Shown in pieces: positions 50,808-63,740 of a DNA stretch of 64,000 nucleotides (its first letter is position 1; the number at the start of each line of letters is the position of its first letter). Made by a program: the position numbers and the translations under genes. Origin of the DNA: Leucoraja erinacea (lineage: Eukaryota); the NCBI RefSeq assembly GCF_028641065.1, contig NC_073379.1:21948001-22012000 (forward strand), written 5' to 3'. The notes below the pieces were generated by a model, which was not told the origin of the DNA, did not search any database, and worked only from the letters and a program-made list of their open reading frames with translations.

Positions 50808-53800
50808 GTGAGGAATGATTGTGCTGCAAACAAACAATTTGTCTTCCTTCCTGCTTCCTGTGATTCCAATGTTACTGGCATGGCTGGCAATTGTTCAAGC
50901 TGCTGACTTGTTGGCTACATCACTGGGAGATCATGCCCTGGTTTGACTGTCTAAAATACATCACGTTGCACTAAACTGAATTTAAATCTATTAACCAACC
51001 CTCAACCCACTTGCCCCGCTGATCACGATCCTGCTGTGGTTTTGATAACCATCTTCACTCATAATCCTCATTTCTGCCTTGACCATGATGTCCCGTCACT
51101 GTGGAATGGGGTGATGTCATTGCCACATCTGGCCTGCTGTTATAGTCACATATTATATCTCCTCCAGTTAAGTTTCAGATATTGGTATTGGTTTATTATT
51201 GTCTATTGCACTGAGATATAGTGATATTTTTCCGAGTGCCATCCAGACAAATCATCCCATTGAGGCACTAGAAACTGGAGATGCTGGAACCATGAGCAAT
51301 ACACAAAGTGCTGAAGACACAGTGGGTCAAGCAGCATTGGTGGAGGAAATGGACAGGCAATTATCCGGGTCGGTTCCCTTCAAACTGATGGAGTAGTAGG
51401 GAGAAAGATGGGAACGGGGCAAAGCTTGCCCAATGAGAGGTGGATGGAGGTGGGAGAGGGGGGGGGGGGCACGGGGGAGATGCTTATCAGATGGGTGGAG
51501 ACAGTGATAATGGCGAGTGGTGAAAAGTGGTAAAAGGTGTCAGACAAGGAAACAAAATGTAAAGGCGGAGGCAAATGGATGGAATGGGCCAGGGGAGATG
51601 GGCAGGTGAAAGACGTGATAGAAGGAACTATGGGATTCGAGGATGGGAGATGAATACGGGAGATGAAAGGAGCAGTGTGAAAGGGATAATGGGAGCAATG
51701 TGTGCACAGTGGGCTGGTGGAGGGGGGGGGAGGGGAGGTATTACTTGAACTTTGAGAGTTCAGTGTTCATACGGTTGGGTTATAAGTTACACAAGCTGAC
51801 CATGAGGTGCTGTTCTTCCTGTTTGAGTGTGTTCTCACACTGATAATACACAAGGCCAGTGACAGTCAGGTCAGTGTGGGAACAGAAAGAGGAGTTAAAA
51901 TGCGTCGGAACCAGGAGCTCCAGCAGGCCTTGGCAGACTGAACACAAGTATTCATCATATTGGGGACACAGAATGCAATAGATGAGGTTGGAAGAATCAT
52001 ACCTTAGATGTGTGCATCAGGCACTGTAAAAGAGAAAATAAGCAAAGTGAAGAATGTAGTATGACAGCTACAGTGAAAGTGCTACTAAAGAGTAGTGCAA
52101 TCGTTTAACGTGGTAGATTGGAAGATCGCGTAATTCAACCCTAGCATTTGTGAGGTCCATTCAAGACTCTAACAATAGGTAAGAAGTTGTTCTTCCATCT
52201 GGTGGTACCTACTTTCAAGTTTTTGTATCTTCTGGGTGTGAGAATGTCAGGGTATTAGTTGTCCTTGATAATGTGGTTGCTTTTTCGAGGCAGCATTAAG
52301 TGTAGAATGGTGAAACAGAGAATCAAAATTGACCCTGGCAGATTGAAGAGACAGCATTTGTTCAGGCAGTGTTAGTGAACAGGAAGGGGTAGTCCCTGGT
52401 TTTTAAAACAATGCTTAGACTATTACGTGAAATGGGAGAAGGGGTCAGAACACAGATGCTCGAACCCATTCTCATCCATAAAATCATGGCTAATTCTGGA
52501 CCTTGTTCATTCGCTGAGAGATCCCCCAGAGTGATCTCCATGAGACCCAGATAAACTGTGGACCTTTGGTTTGAACTTACTCAGCTACGTTTTACCCACA
52601 GCTTCTGCATAATGTGGATTGTTGATTGTAATCATGTATAGTCTTTTCGTTGACTGGTTAGCATGCAATAAAAGCTTTTCACTGTACCTTGGTGCAGGTG
52701 ACAATAAACTAAACTCTGGGATGGAAAATTCAGTAGGTTCACAAACATTATTGCAGGGAATTTCTTGACCTCAGTCCTGAATGTCTGACTTCTTTTTCCT
52801 TGACATGTGGTTTTTGAATCATAAGCAGGAAGAAATAAACTTTCCACAAGTATTTGTGAAATCCATCTATTTCCCAGAGCCCTCTGTCCATTGACATCCA
52901 TCAGTCCCAGTCCCCCTATTCTTTCCACACAATCCCCCAAATTATTCCAATCAGGTGTGTTTAATAGTCATATGCACTGGGATTAGAACAACACAATTTT
53001 TCATTGCTGCAACTTTGCAGGCACATTGATGCAACATAATAATACATTTACAACAAACAGTAATACAATATCAGTTATACATGGTAATAGCATTTGATTA
53101 ACATTTGAAGTATTTAAAGCAACCTTATACAAAGGGCATAATAGTTTGGTGCAAGAGCCTGATGATGCCACAATGAACCTAAACACAACCAAACTTCAGC
53201 ACTGATCTGTTATGGACAAATAACGGGATTGCTGTATCACAGTTCGGGAGGGAGATCTTTAGTGAAATCAAAACAACCTGTTAAATGGCAAGATTGTCTT
53301 CTTGAACCTGGAGGTAAAGGTTCACATTTCCTGAACCTTCTACCTGGCAGTAGCAACAAGAGGAGATCAAGCCGTGTGATACTGTTATATTGGCTGCCCT
53401 CTATATTTACTCTCATTCACTTACCAATCAAGTGACCACAACAGCCAATCACCAGGGCAATCCTGTCCCCAACCGATCATAGATTCCTCCACATTCCCAC
53501 TTCTCTGCAACATAAAAGACATTTGTTTTATTGTAACTTTTCCCAGTTCTGATCATCAACCTGACAATCATTTGTTTCTCTCCTGATTTTTTCTATGTCA
53601 ATGTAGCTATCGTAATCTTGTACTTCATACTTTCATCATTGAGCCCAGCGTCTCGCACTTCACTAACCATTGCCTCAATGTGTCACATTTGTTTTAGTTA
53701 ACTGTGTCTCAGAAGGAGTTTCCACATGTTCCTTGGCATCCTTGAGCATTGTTCTGTTTAACTATCTTATCTCTCATTTCTGTGTAGGTATTATCACTCG

Positions 53801-54932
53801 GTGCGTGTCTCTGTTAATTTTTATCTCACACACCTTCTCCACCTCTTCATATTCCATCTGCAATCTTCTTATAATTCGATGGAAAATGGCCATGTAGTAG
53901 AACATGCAGTAGAAAATGTAGTAGAGGTATACTACATCGACTGGATCCTTCCTTATCAATTCTGTTAGATATATTGTCCACCCTAACCCTAAACTCCACT
54001 TAAATTGTCAACAGAACTTCCCCTTCATCAAGAATTAAAACATAAATTGCTGTAAAATTAATCAGGTCTGAATGCAAGTCAACTGGAGGGGCGACAATAT
54101 CCATGTAGGACGTTGTGTTGCTGCTACTCAGGAGGGTTTAATCTAGTTTGTCAGAAGGTTGGGAACTGGAGCAGGTGGAGGAATTGAATGGGATGTAGAC
54201 ATCAGTTTAAGGCTGATCAGAAGGGCTGGCGGGGCCAGGTTAATGAACGCAGTGGAACTGATGGGCTGAAGTGTGTTTATTTCAATTCTATGTTTATTAT
54301 GTGTAAGGCAGATGAATATAGAGTTTGGATTAATGCATGGAACTATGATGTTGTGGCCATTAGAGTTTTGGTTGAGCGAGGGGCGAGACTGACACCATAA
54401 TGTTCCAGGGTTTTAGACATGATTTAGTAGCATTGTAGGTTATGTAAAAAAACAACCAGGCCACCTGCAATTACTCTATTCAATTTGATTTGAGAATTCT
54501 GCATATTATTTATAAAGTAGATGAATTACAATTACAGTTACATTTCACCGCTCTAGAGCAGCGCAGGAAGGTCAGGGACAGATGGGTCAGAGTGGGAGTG
54601 GGATGGAGAAACATGGTCACAGATGTGTAGGAAGGAACTGCAGATGCTGATTTATACCGAAGATAGACACAAAATGCTGGAGTAACACAACGTGCCAGGC
54701 AGCATCTATGGAGAAATGGAATAGATTCTACTTCAGGTCTGAAGAAGGCTTCCATTCACAAACATTACCTACTACTTTTCTCCAGAGATGCCGCATGATC
54801 TGCTGAGTTACTCCAGCATTTTGTGTCTATCAACATGGTCACAGACACAGGTAAAGTATTGATAAAAATAAATGTGGTTAATGCATCCGACCAATGAATA
54901 ATGTCCATATTTTAAATCTTTCTCTATCCGAG

Positions 54933-55301
54933 GTGATGTCAACGCATCTATGGTGATCGGGAAGAGAGGACGTGGTGCCACACTGAACTGCAACTTCAAA
55001 CACTCGAGAGCAAATAGCAGGGTGATCACTATCCTCTGGATGAAGGGGACTCCATGGGAAGAGTCCGTTGTCTTTAATCATACCCGCTCCTACGGCACAA
55101 GCGGTCCCGGCACTGACAATGTAAATAGAGGAGGTCGATATGAGCTGGTGGGAAACGTAGACAAGGGAGACGCCTCCATCAGAGTGAGGGGACTCATGTT
55201 GAATGACACCAACAACTATTTCTGTCATGTTTGGATCTTTAAATCCTCTAAGAAGGAAAATATTCAGGTGACTCAGGATGAAACGGGACTACAGGTTTTG
55301 G
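54933..55301 (+). CDS. siglec15-like: Gene B exon V2 (FCHVW)
   Basis: Acceptor tctttctctatccGAG| and donor G|GTAAGG; 369 nt, phase 1-1, open. Confidence 0.8.
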
Positions 55302-55489
55302 GTAAGGAAACAGTCAGTGTTGAGAAGTAAATGATAAAATCACATTGAACAACTGTGAGAAGAATGAGCTTTGTTCTGTTTCCTCTCTGAATATTTCACT
55401 CCATTCTCCCGCTGGGTCTCTTTCAAATCTTCACCCTTCCTGGTTCTCCCCTGCACCAATGAATAACAGTGACTTTTATCCCTCTCTAG

Positions 55490-55718
55490 GCTTCAGCCAC
55501 CATCTTGGAGCGATGGTGATAATGTATCTGGAGATACGTGTGTGTGCGGGAGAGAATGGACAGGTTGATCATTTCAGCTGCCATTTGTTGAGTCTACTTT
55601 CTTGTGATTGGCTTCACTTTCTAGTGATTAAACATAGATAAACATCATGTCTAATCTCCATTGCTGGTGTTGATGGGATAATCATGGGACCTCCAGTGAC
55701 ATTGTTGTCAGCCTCTGG
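55490..55718 (+). pseudogene. Decayed C2+TM exon relic behind V2 (gene B intron)
   Basis: Near-identical to 14722-14950; A-type TM sequence with stops. Confidence 0.8.
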
Positions 55719-57969
55719 TTCCGGTAATGGGGGAGGGGAGAAGAGAGAGTAACTCGGGTGTGAGTGATCCTTCATTATGTTGGCTGCTTTCCCAAGGAAT
55801 AAATGCAGTTGATGGGCGGGGGAACGAGGGAAAACCTTTTATTCATTCTACATGGTTAATCCTGAGCTTTCTGGTGCTTGTAATCTTAATCATCCATGCA
55901 ATTCCCCCTCTGACTATTTTTTGTGACTTCCTTATAACCCGTCTAATGCAATTTGAAGAACAGGGCTCTCTGCATCATTGCAGACTCCATTGAATTCAAG
56001 AATTTTGGATGATACTTTTTCTCTCTTTTATCAGAACTAACCAGTTCTACTGAAGATAAGCAAAATGGAATATTAATCAGTTATTCTCTGAACAATTATT
56101 GTAACTTAAAATAAGTTAGCTGAAGTTGCAGAGGTTGTATAGAGGGGTGGATTGGAAATAGGAAATATTTCTGAAAGGGTGAGTCTAGGTTTGCTGTTGA
56201 TGAAATTATCTGGTTGATAAATTAAGGAAGGAAACTGGAGACAGAGAACACAAACAAAGATAGAAACAGAGCTGCAAAACGTACGTCAGCTGCAAGAAAC
56301 ACGCTGCAGATCAGGCAGTGTCAGTGGACAGAGGAGAACTGAGTCAGTATTGCAGATGGATAACCTACTGCAAAACTTCTGATACAAACAGTGAGAAAGT
56401 TACCAGAAATTATTGTATTCAATGTTGACTCAATGGTTCAATGGGTCAACCGTGAATAGAACAATTTCTGGTGACTTGCTCGCTGTTTGTATCAGAACTG
56501 GCGAGTTCTACAGCATCTGCGATACTGACTCAGTTCTCCTGAAGAAGAATCACGACCCGAAACGTCACCGATTCATTCTATCCAGAGATGCTGCCAGCCC
56601 GCTGAATTACTCCAGCATTTTGTGTCTATTTTCGGTTCAATGGTTTCTTTATTATCACCTGTAGCAAGTACAGTGAAATACTTTTTTGCATACAGATCAG
56701 TAAGAATATCACCGTACATAAATAAGCACAATCCCCCCGGTTAGTACATCATGTACAGAAGAACCCACCGAGTCTGGGCAACAGTTGCCATTTTGCACCA
56801 TTTTACAGACCTCGATGCAGTGGCCACAGAGGCCCCATTGCAGCCGCCGCCTCCATTCCAGTTGTCCTGGAATGTTGACCCTCACCCTGCACAGCCCTAT
56901 TCAGCCCTTCTTCCCCAGGGGTGGTGTGCGGTGGGTGGGGGGGGCTCCTCCCGCAGATGAGATTAGGGAGCGGAAGTTAAAAACTCCTCCACCCCGCCTG
57001 ATTCCGTTAACCAGGCATTTTCAGGATGGCTGCCAGTTACTAGCAGAGTTCCGCAGGGCTCGGTGCTGGGGCCGCTGCTCTTCACGTTGTATATTAATGA
57101 TTTGGATGAGGGGATCGAAGACTTTGTGGCCAAGTTTGCGAATTATACGAAAATAGGTGGATGGGCAGGTAGTGCAGAGAAAGCAGGGTCTCTGCAGAAG
57201 AACTTGGATAGGTTGGGAGAGTGGGCAGAGAAGTGGCAGATGGAAAGGTGTGGAAAAGTGTGGAGTCATGTATTTTGGTAATAGGATTAAAGGCGTTGGT
57301 TACTTTTTAAATGTCGAGAGAATCCAGAAATCGGAGGTGCAAGGTGACTTGAGAATGCTGGTGCAGGATTCACAAAAAGTTAATCTGCAAGTCAAATCAG
57401 TTATAAAGAAAGCAAACGCAATGCTAGCATTTATTTTGAGAGGGTTTATATGCAAAAGTAGGGATGTAAAGCTGAGAATCTTTCAGGCGCTGGTCAGGCC
57501 ACATTTGGAATATTGTGAGCAATTTTAGGCACCATATCTGAGGAAGGATGTGCTGGCTCTGGAGAGGGTCCAAAGGAGGTTCACAAGAATGATCCCAGGA
57601 ATGAGTAGGATAACATCAGATGAATATTTGACGGCACTGGGCCTATGTTTGCTGCAGTTTAGAAGAATGAGGGAGGACGACATTGAAACAGACAGAATAG
57701 TGAAAGGCTTGGATGTGGAGAGGATGCTTCCACTAGTGGGAGAGTTGAAGACGAGAGGTTTTAGCCTCAGAATTAAAGGGACGTTCTTTTAGGAAGGAGA
57801 TGAGGATGAATTTCTTTGGCAGGAGGGTGATGAATCTATGGAATTCATTGCCACAGATGGCTGTGGAGGCAAAGTCAGTGGATATATTTAAGGCAGAGGT
57901 AAGTTGATTCCTGATTAGTGCAGATGTCAGAGGTAATGAGAAGTGCTTCGGGTGCAGAACCTAAGACCG

Positions 57970-58019
<50 letters not shown>
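57970..58019. repeat. Poly-C tract (shorter in the gene A copies)
   Basis: About 50 C; the homologous site marks the V3 duplication boundary in A. Confidence 0.95.
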
Positions 58020-58021
<2 letters not shown>

Positions 58022-58302
58022 CCCCACCTAATCAGTTAACCGCGCCTTTAGTCACCCTCCATCCTCCTCTCCGGTTCCTGGTCTTCAAGGTCAAGGCTCC
58101 ATCCTGGCCAGACTGAAGCTGAGATGTCATTACTTGAGATTGGCCCTTATTAGAATAGTGCAGGTCAGGAACAGGTGGATCAGAGTGGAATGGGATGGAG
58201 AATCCAAGTCACAAGTATGGATGAACTATTGATAAAGACTGTGTGGTTATTGTATTCAATTACTAAATCATATTCACACTTTAAAACTCTTCTCTCTGCA
58301 AG

Positions 58303-58665
58303 TTGATAATGACAGAGCATCCATGGTGATTGGGAGGAAGGGTGCGACTGCCACACTGCCCTGCTCCTTCAGTCCCTCGAACAGGAATCCCAGCTCCATC
58401 ACCATCAGCTGGATGAAGGGGAATCCACCAAAATGGTCTGTTGTCTTTCGTGACACTTCTCCCCCCCCAGCAGCAAATAACATTCCGAAAAATGTAAATA
58501 AAGGAGATCGATATGATCTGGTGGGAAATGTGGAGCAGGGAGACGCCTCCATCAGAGTGAAGGGACTCAAACTGGACGACGCCAGTGATTACACCTGTCA
58601 CGTTTATGTCAGGTATTCAGCGTTGACGACTGTGACTCAAGATGAGATGAAACTGCAGGTTGTGG
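58303..58665 (+). CDS. siglec15-like: Gene B exon V3 (YTCHV)
   Basis: Paralogue of V3a/V3b; AAG acceptor and G|GTAAGG donor; 363 nt. Confidence 0.85.
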
Positions 58666-59847
58666 GTAAGGAAACGTATGTTATGCTGTAAACGATAATA
58701 TCATATTGCACAACCTTAAGAGGAATGAGCTCCCAGTGACAGTGTAGACCAGCACAGGAACAGGCCCTTTGGCCCGCAATGTCTGTACCGAACATGATGC
58801 TACGTTAATCTCGTCTACCTGCAGGTGATACATTTCTTCCATTACCTGCATTTCAAAAAGTCTCTAAAACTCCACTATCGTAGCTGCCTCCACCACCCCT
58901 AACAGTATTTTCCTGGCACCCACCACCCTCTGTGTAAACAATAACTTTCCCCACATATCTCCTTTCATCTTTTCCCATCTGTCCTTGTCACAATACCGTC
59001 TATTCGTTGACATTTCCGCCGTAGGCAAAAGGTTCTGACTCTCTCTCCTATCCATGTCTTTCATATTTTTATAAACTTTCAACAGTCCAGAGAAACAGTT
59101 CAAGTATGTCCGACCTTTTCTTATAACTATTACCCTCTAATCCAGGCAGCATTCTGCTAAACCTCTTCTGAACCCTTTCCAAAGTCTCCTCATCCTTCCT
59201 GTAATGGGTGAAAACTGCACATAAAACTGAATGCAATAATCCCAGTGTCGTAACTAAAGTTGTATAGAGCTACAACATGACTTCCTGACTCTTGTATTCA
59301 GTAGATAGACACTAAAAGCTGGAGTAACTCACCGGGACAGGTAGCATCTCTGGAGAGAAGGAATGGATGATGTTTCGGGTCAAGTATCTTCTTCTTGACC
59401 TGAAACGTGACACATCCTTTCTCTCCAGAGATGCTGCCTGTCCCGCTGAGTTACTCCAGCTTTTTGTGTCCATCTTCGGTTTTAACCAGCATCTGCAGTT
59501 CCTTCCTACACATCTTGTATTCAGTACCTTGACCAATGAAAGCAAGAATACTGTACACGTTTTTAACGTGTTGCCATTTTCAAGGAGTTATGGAATTGGA
59601 TCCCAATATTTTTCTGTACATCAGTGGTATTAAGGGACTTGCCCTTGTATATTTTCCACTTGCATTCAACCTCCCAAAGACAACACTTCACATATGTTTG
59701 GATCAAACTCCATCTGCCATTTCTCTGCCTATATCTGTATTAGATCAACATTTGTAGTATCTTTCGACAGTTCTACGTTCATCTGCCTTCCTCATGATAC
59801 TCTTGCATTGTCAATAAGCAACACTACAGCCCATGTGTGGGTTTGAT

Positions 59848-59995
59848 ATTTGAGCTGCCACTTATGTGGACTGCACTCTTACGATTGGCTTCACTTTCTC
59901 ATGTTTGAACAGAGGTGAACGCCACTGTCTCATCTCCAATGTTAGTGTTGACGGGAGACTTGTGGCATCTCCAGTGATATTGTCATCAGCCTCTA
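59848..59995 (+). pseudogene. Decayed TM exon relic behind V3 (gene B intron)
   Basis: I*AATYVDCTLTIGFTFSCLNRGERH..VSVDGR..ASPVILS aligns to gene A IRAAIYAVYFLIIGLTFCWLKRGERL..ASVNRR..APPVTVS. Confidence 0.8.
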
Positions 59996-60066
59996 GCTAT
60001 GGTGGTTTGTGTCAGGTAATATTGACTTTTGAGGCAGTTCTGGCCAGTTCTTATACTTAACAGTAA

Positions 60067-60729
60067 AGGGCTTGTCCCACTTAGGTGATTTTTTAGGCGA
60101 CTGCCGGTGACTGTCATGGTCGTAGCAGGTTGCCGAAAAACCGGTGACTGGACCCCCCCCACGACAATGTCTACAACAACCTACCACCTAGTCGACGTTA
60201 AGCCATGACAACCGGCGACTCAATCGTCACGACTTAGGACGTCCACCTACGACCACACCTAGACAACCCTACGACCACACAGGTGACAACCTACGATAAC
60301 CAGTCAACCGACCTCCACCCGCGACAAGCTACGACAAGCTACCACCCTGTCGGTGACAATTGAAGACTTCTCTTGACACGGTAGCTGTCGCCGGTTGACG
60401 CAGGTTGACGTAGGTAGTCCCCAAATGAATTCATCGAAGTCAGCACCAGCGACAACATACATCATCCTGGCAACAACCTATGTTATCCTGGCGACAACTT
60501 ACGACAGCACCTACGTCAGGAGAAGACAAGCTACGACAAGCCCAAGATCGCTGAGTGTCGTCAAAAAGATTTGAACATTTCAAAATCCTGCGGCGACCAG
60601 AAAAACACTACGGATCTTTGGGCGACTTAAGGAGACGACTCACGACCCTACATGTGACACCCGGCAACCGTGTGGTGACCGCCTAGTCGCCCGTTGTCCC
60701 CTAATAATCGCGTAAGTTGGACAGGCCCT
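60067..60729. mobile_element. PIF/Harbinger-type MITE
   Basis: TIR agggcttgtcccactta / taagttggacaggccct, TAA TSD (60064-60066, 60730-60732), internal ctacgac-like repeats. Confidence 0.85.
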
Positions 60730-60957
60730 TAAGCAAGTTATTGAAATTGTTGTATTAAATGTTAACACAAAAGCTTCATGCTGCCCAGACAGAAGATGAG
60801 GTTGCTTGAGATTGGGCCTCGTTAGAACAATGCAGGAGGTCTGAGACAGACAGATCAGAGCGGGAGTGGGATGGGGAATCAATGTCACAGGCATGGATGA
60901 TGTATTTTTATAAACCATGTGGAATAGATTGTTAAATACAACTTTTCTCTATACAAG

Positions 60958-61320
60958 ATGGAAAGAAGAACACATCCATGGTGATTGGGAAGAGAAGAGA
61001 TTCAGCCACACTGCCCTGCTCCTTCAGCCCCTTGAACAAGAATCCCAGCCCCATCACTGTCCGCTGGATGAAGGGGAATCCACGGGAAGAGTCCACAGTC
61101 TTTAATCACACCCACCCCCACTCTGTGAACCCTCCCTCCACTGTCACTGTAAAGGGAGGAGGTCGATATGAGCTGGTGGGAAAACTAGACCAGGGAGACG
61201 CCTCTATCAGAGTGAAGGAACTCAGACTGGACGACAGCAGTGACTATTTCTGTTACGTTTGGGTCAGGAATTCCACACAGGAGACGGTGACTCAGGATGA
61301 GACTAAACTGGAGGTTGTGG
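60958..61320 (+). CDS. siglec15-like: Gene B exon V4 (YFCYV); no counterpart in gene A
   Basis: Acceptor cttttctctatacAAG| and donor G|GTAAGG; 363 nt; SATLPCSF..VRW..GDASIRVKELRLDDSSDYFC. Confidence 0.85.
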
Positions 61321-61970
61321 GTAAGGAAATATCTGTCTGTGTTGTGCTGTGAACGATAAAATCACATTAACAACTGTAAGAGGACATGAGATCCACTGAC
61401 AGCTGGAGCCGAGATCGGCCCAATCCATTGTAGGTTCCATTCCTTGCACTGGGCTTCCCTTGCTCAGCACTGCCCCTAGTGGTTGGAAAACAGTGCTGAT
61501 TCCAGCCAGGTTGCACGGAGCTCCCTGCAGCAGGATCAGAGATTCAGAACCACATTCACCAGCTGAACCTCCAGTCCCTGTGTCTGTGACATGGTCTGTG
61601 TTACAAAGATCCACAGACGGCCCTGGGGGTATCATCCGTCTCTTTCATTCACATCGACTCCGGTAACCTGTATGTTCTCTCACTGAATATTACATAGAAC
61701 AGCACAGCACAGGACCAGGCCCTTTGGCCCGCAATATCTGTGCAGAATATAATGGTTCTGTAAGTTAAACTAATATCATCTGCTGACACATGATCCATAT
61801 CCCTCCATTCCCTGTAGATCCATGTGCTTCTCAAAGACACCGTCATATCTGCAAATATTTCACTGCAGTCTCCTAGATGTGTCCTTCCAATCCCCATTCA
61901 GATGGAGTTTATCCGCACACACCAACAGTGATTAATTCAATTAATTTAATACATTTCTTCCTTCTCCAAG

Positions 61971-62339
61971 TCCCAGCCACCATCCTGGAGCTGTCCGTTG
62001 TGAGTGACAATGTAACTGGAGAACGCACCCTTGTGTGCAGGGCTGAAGGGAAGCCCCCTGCAAACATCACATGGATCGGCCCAGGGAACAGCTCACTGCC
62101 CGTGAACATTAGTGAGATGACAGTCACACATGATCCAGAGAAACTACTGACTGTGGGAGAGCTGCTTCACCTCACGCTGCCAGGGAAATACACGTGTGTG
62201 GCTGAGAATGAACACCAGATGGACACGCGTGAGATCCGCCTATTCGAGGTTGGGGGAGTGTTGCACCCAGGCGTCTACATTGGATTACCCATATTGGCTA
62301 TTGGCCTGATGGTATTTGCTCTCATCTCTTTGAAAAAAT
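61971..62339 (+). CDS. siglec15-like: Gene B exon C2-set + neutral TM (GVYIGLPILAIGLMVFALISLKK); cytoplasmic exons not found in the window
   Basis: C2 is near-identical to gene A up to 62249, then the stalk/TM is unrelated; strong donor T|GTGAGT. Confidence 0.85.
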
Positions 62340-62419
62340 GTGAGTTTGCCAATAACAACTACATTGTGGTCTGTTGTGGGTGTTCTTGGGACTGGTGGCT
62401 TTTTCAAATATTATAGGCC

Positions 62420-63740
62420 GGAAATGTGAACAGGAGGCCAGTCATCCCTGGTTAGGCCACATTTGGAGTATTTTGTCCAGTTCTGGTCACCACATTTCAG
62501 GAAGGATTTGGACACTTTGGAGAGGGTGCAGAGGGTTACAGAATAATGCCTGGATTAGAAGATTTTAGCAATAAGGAGAGGTTGGATTGTTTTTCTCTGG
62601 AACACCTGATGCTGAGGGGCGAACAGAATGTCAAATTCTGAGACATATAGAAAGAGTAGTTAGTCTTTTTTCCCCAGGGTTGAGATGTCAAAAACTAGAG
62701 AGCATGGGTTAAGGTGAGAGTAGGAATGTTTTAACGGAGATTTAAGAAGTGCCAATTGTTCAGAATGGTTGGTGCCTGGAACATGCAACCAGGGGAGGTG
62801 TGGAAGCTGACACGCTAGCAATGTTTAAAGAGCATTTATACATGTAAATATACATGGAATGGAAAGAGATCAACCATGTGCAGAGAGATACGATTAGTTT
62901 AATTTGGCATTATGGTCGGCACAGACATCGTGTGCCAAGTTCTAGTGGACTGGGGCTGTACCCCTTGAAGGGTCAAGTCTGCCCTCACCATTGCTACCCT
63001 GACAGACCTTGTCCATAAATGGGTATAACAGGGTCAGAATTTCCTGTTCATAATAATACAGTCCTGAGATAAGGTATTCATTGCCCTTGCCCTCCGATGA
63101 ATTTGTGGGAAGGTCCGGCTGTGATTCTGTCCTTAGATCCTCGCTGTTCTTCAAATGCTTGGGTATCATTTGAAAAAGGTTCTGAGCTTTCCAATTCAAT
63201 CATGGACCAGTTTGCAGATGATGTGAAACTGAGTGGGAATGTGATGGCTCAAGGTTTGAAGAGAATATATCGACCAGCCAAGTGCGTTGGGAAACAACAT
63301 GGGAATGTGAGAAAATGTGAGATAATACACTTCAGGAAAAAAAGCTGTCAAACTTCAATGCTCTTCCAGCGGTTACGGATTGGGGAATACCAATGTTCAC
63401 AGATAACTCACTTTATGTATCAAACGTGTGGATTTCAGAAAACAAATGTAATGTTGGCCTTTAATGCAAGAAGATATGAACTCGGGTATAAATGTCCTTG
63501 GTCACTATGCTATCAAAAGGACATGTGGGCATGGAGAGAATGTTACCAGCAGTGAGAGAGTCCAGAACCAGAGGGCACAGCCTCAGAATAAAAGGATGAA
63601 CCTTTAGAATCGAGATGAGGAAGATTGTTTTTTTTTTAGCCAGTGAATGATGAATCAGTGGAATTCAATGCCACAGGCAAAAGTGGAGGTCTAGTCAGTG
63701 GAAAATTTAAAGCGTAGATTGATAGGTTCTTGATTAGGTC
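62420..63740 (+). mobile_element. Old CR1 fragments
   Basis: [30 protein letters not shown] remnants. Confidence 0.7.

Noticed and set aside
60120-60660. CRISPR-like or regulatory array of ctacgac repeats
   Set aside because: Irregular internal repeats of a Harbinger MITE in a vertebrate genome; no constant repeat-spacer period.
6613-61320. Rearranging Ig/TCR/IgNAR V segments or NITR genes
   Set aside because: Each V exon includes its own G strand and ends in a splice donor. No heptamer/nonamer RSS or FGxG J motif is adjacent, and the motifs fit Siglec-15.
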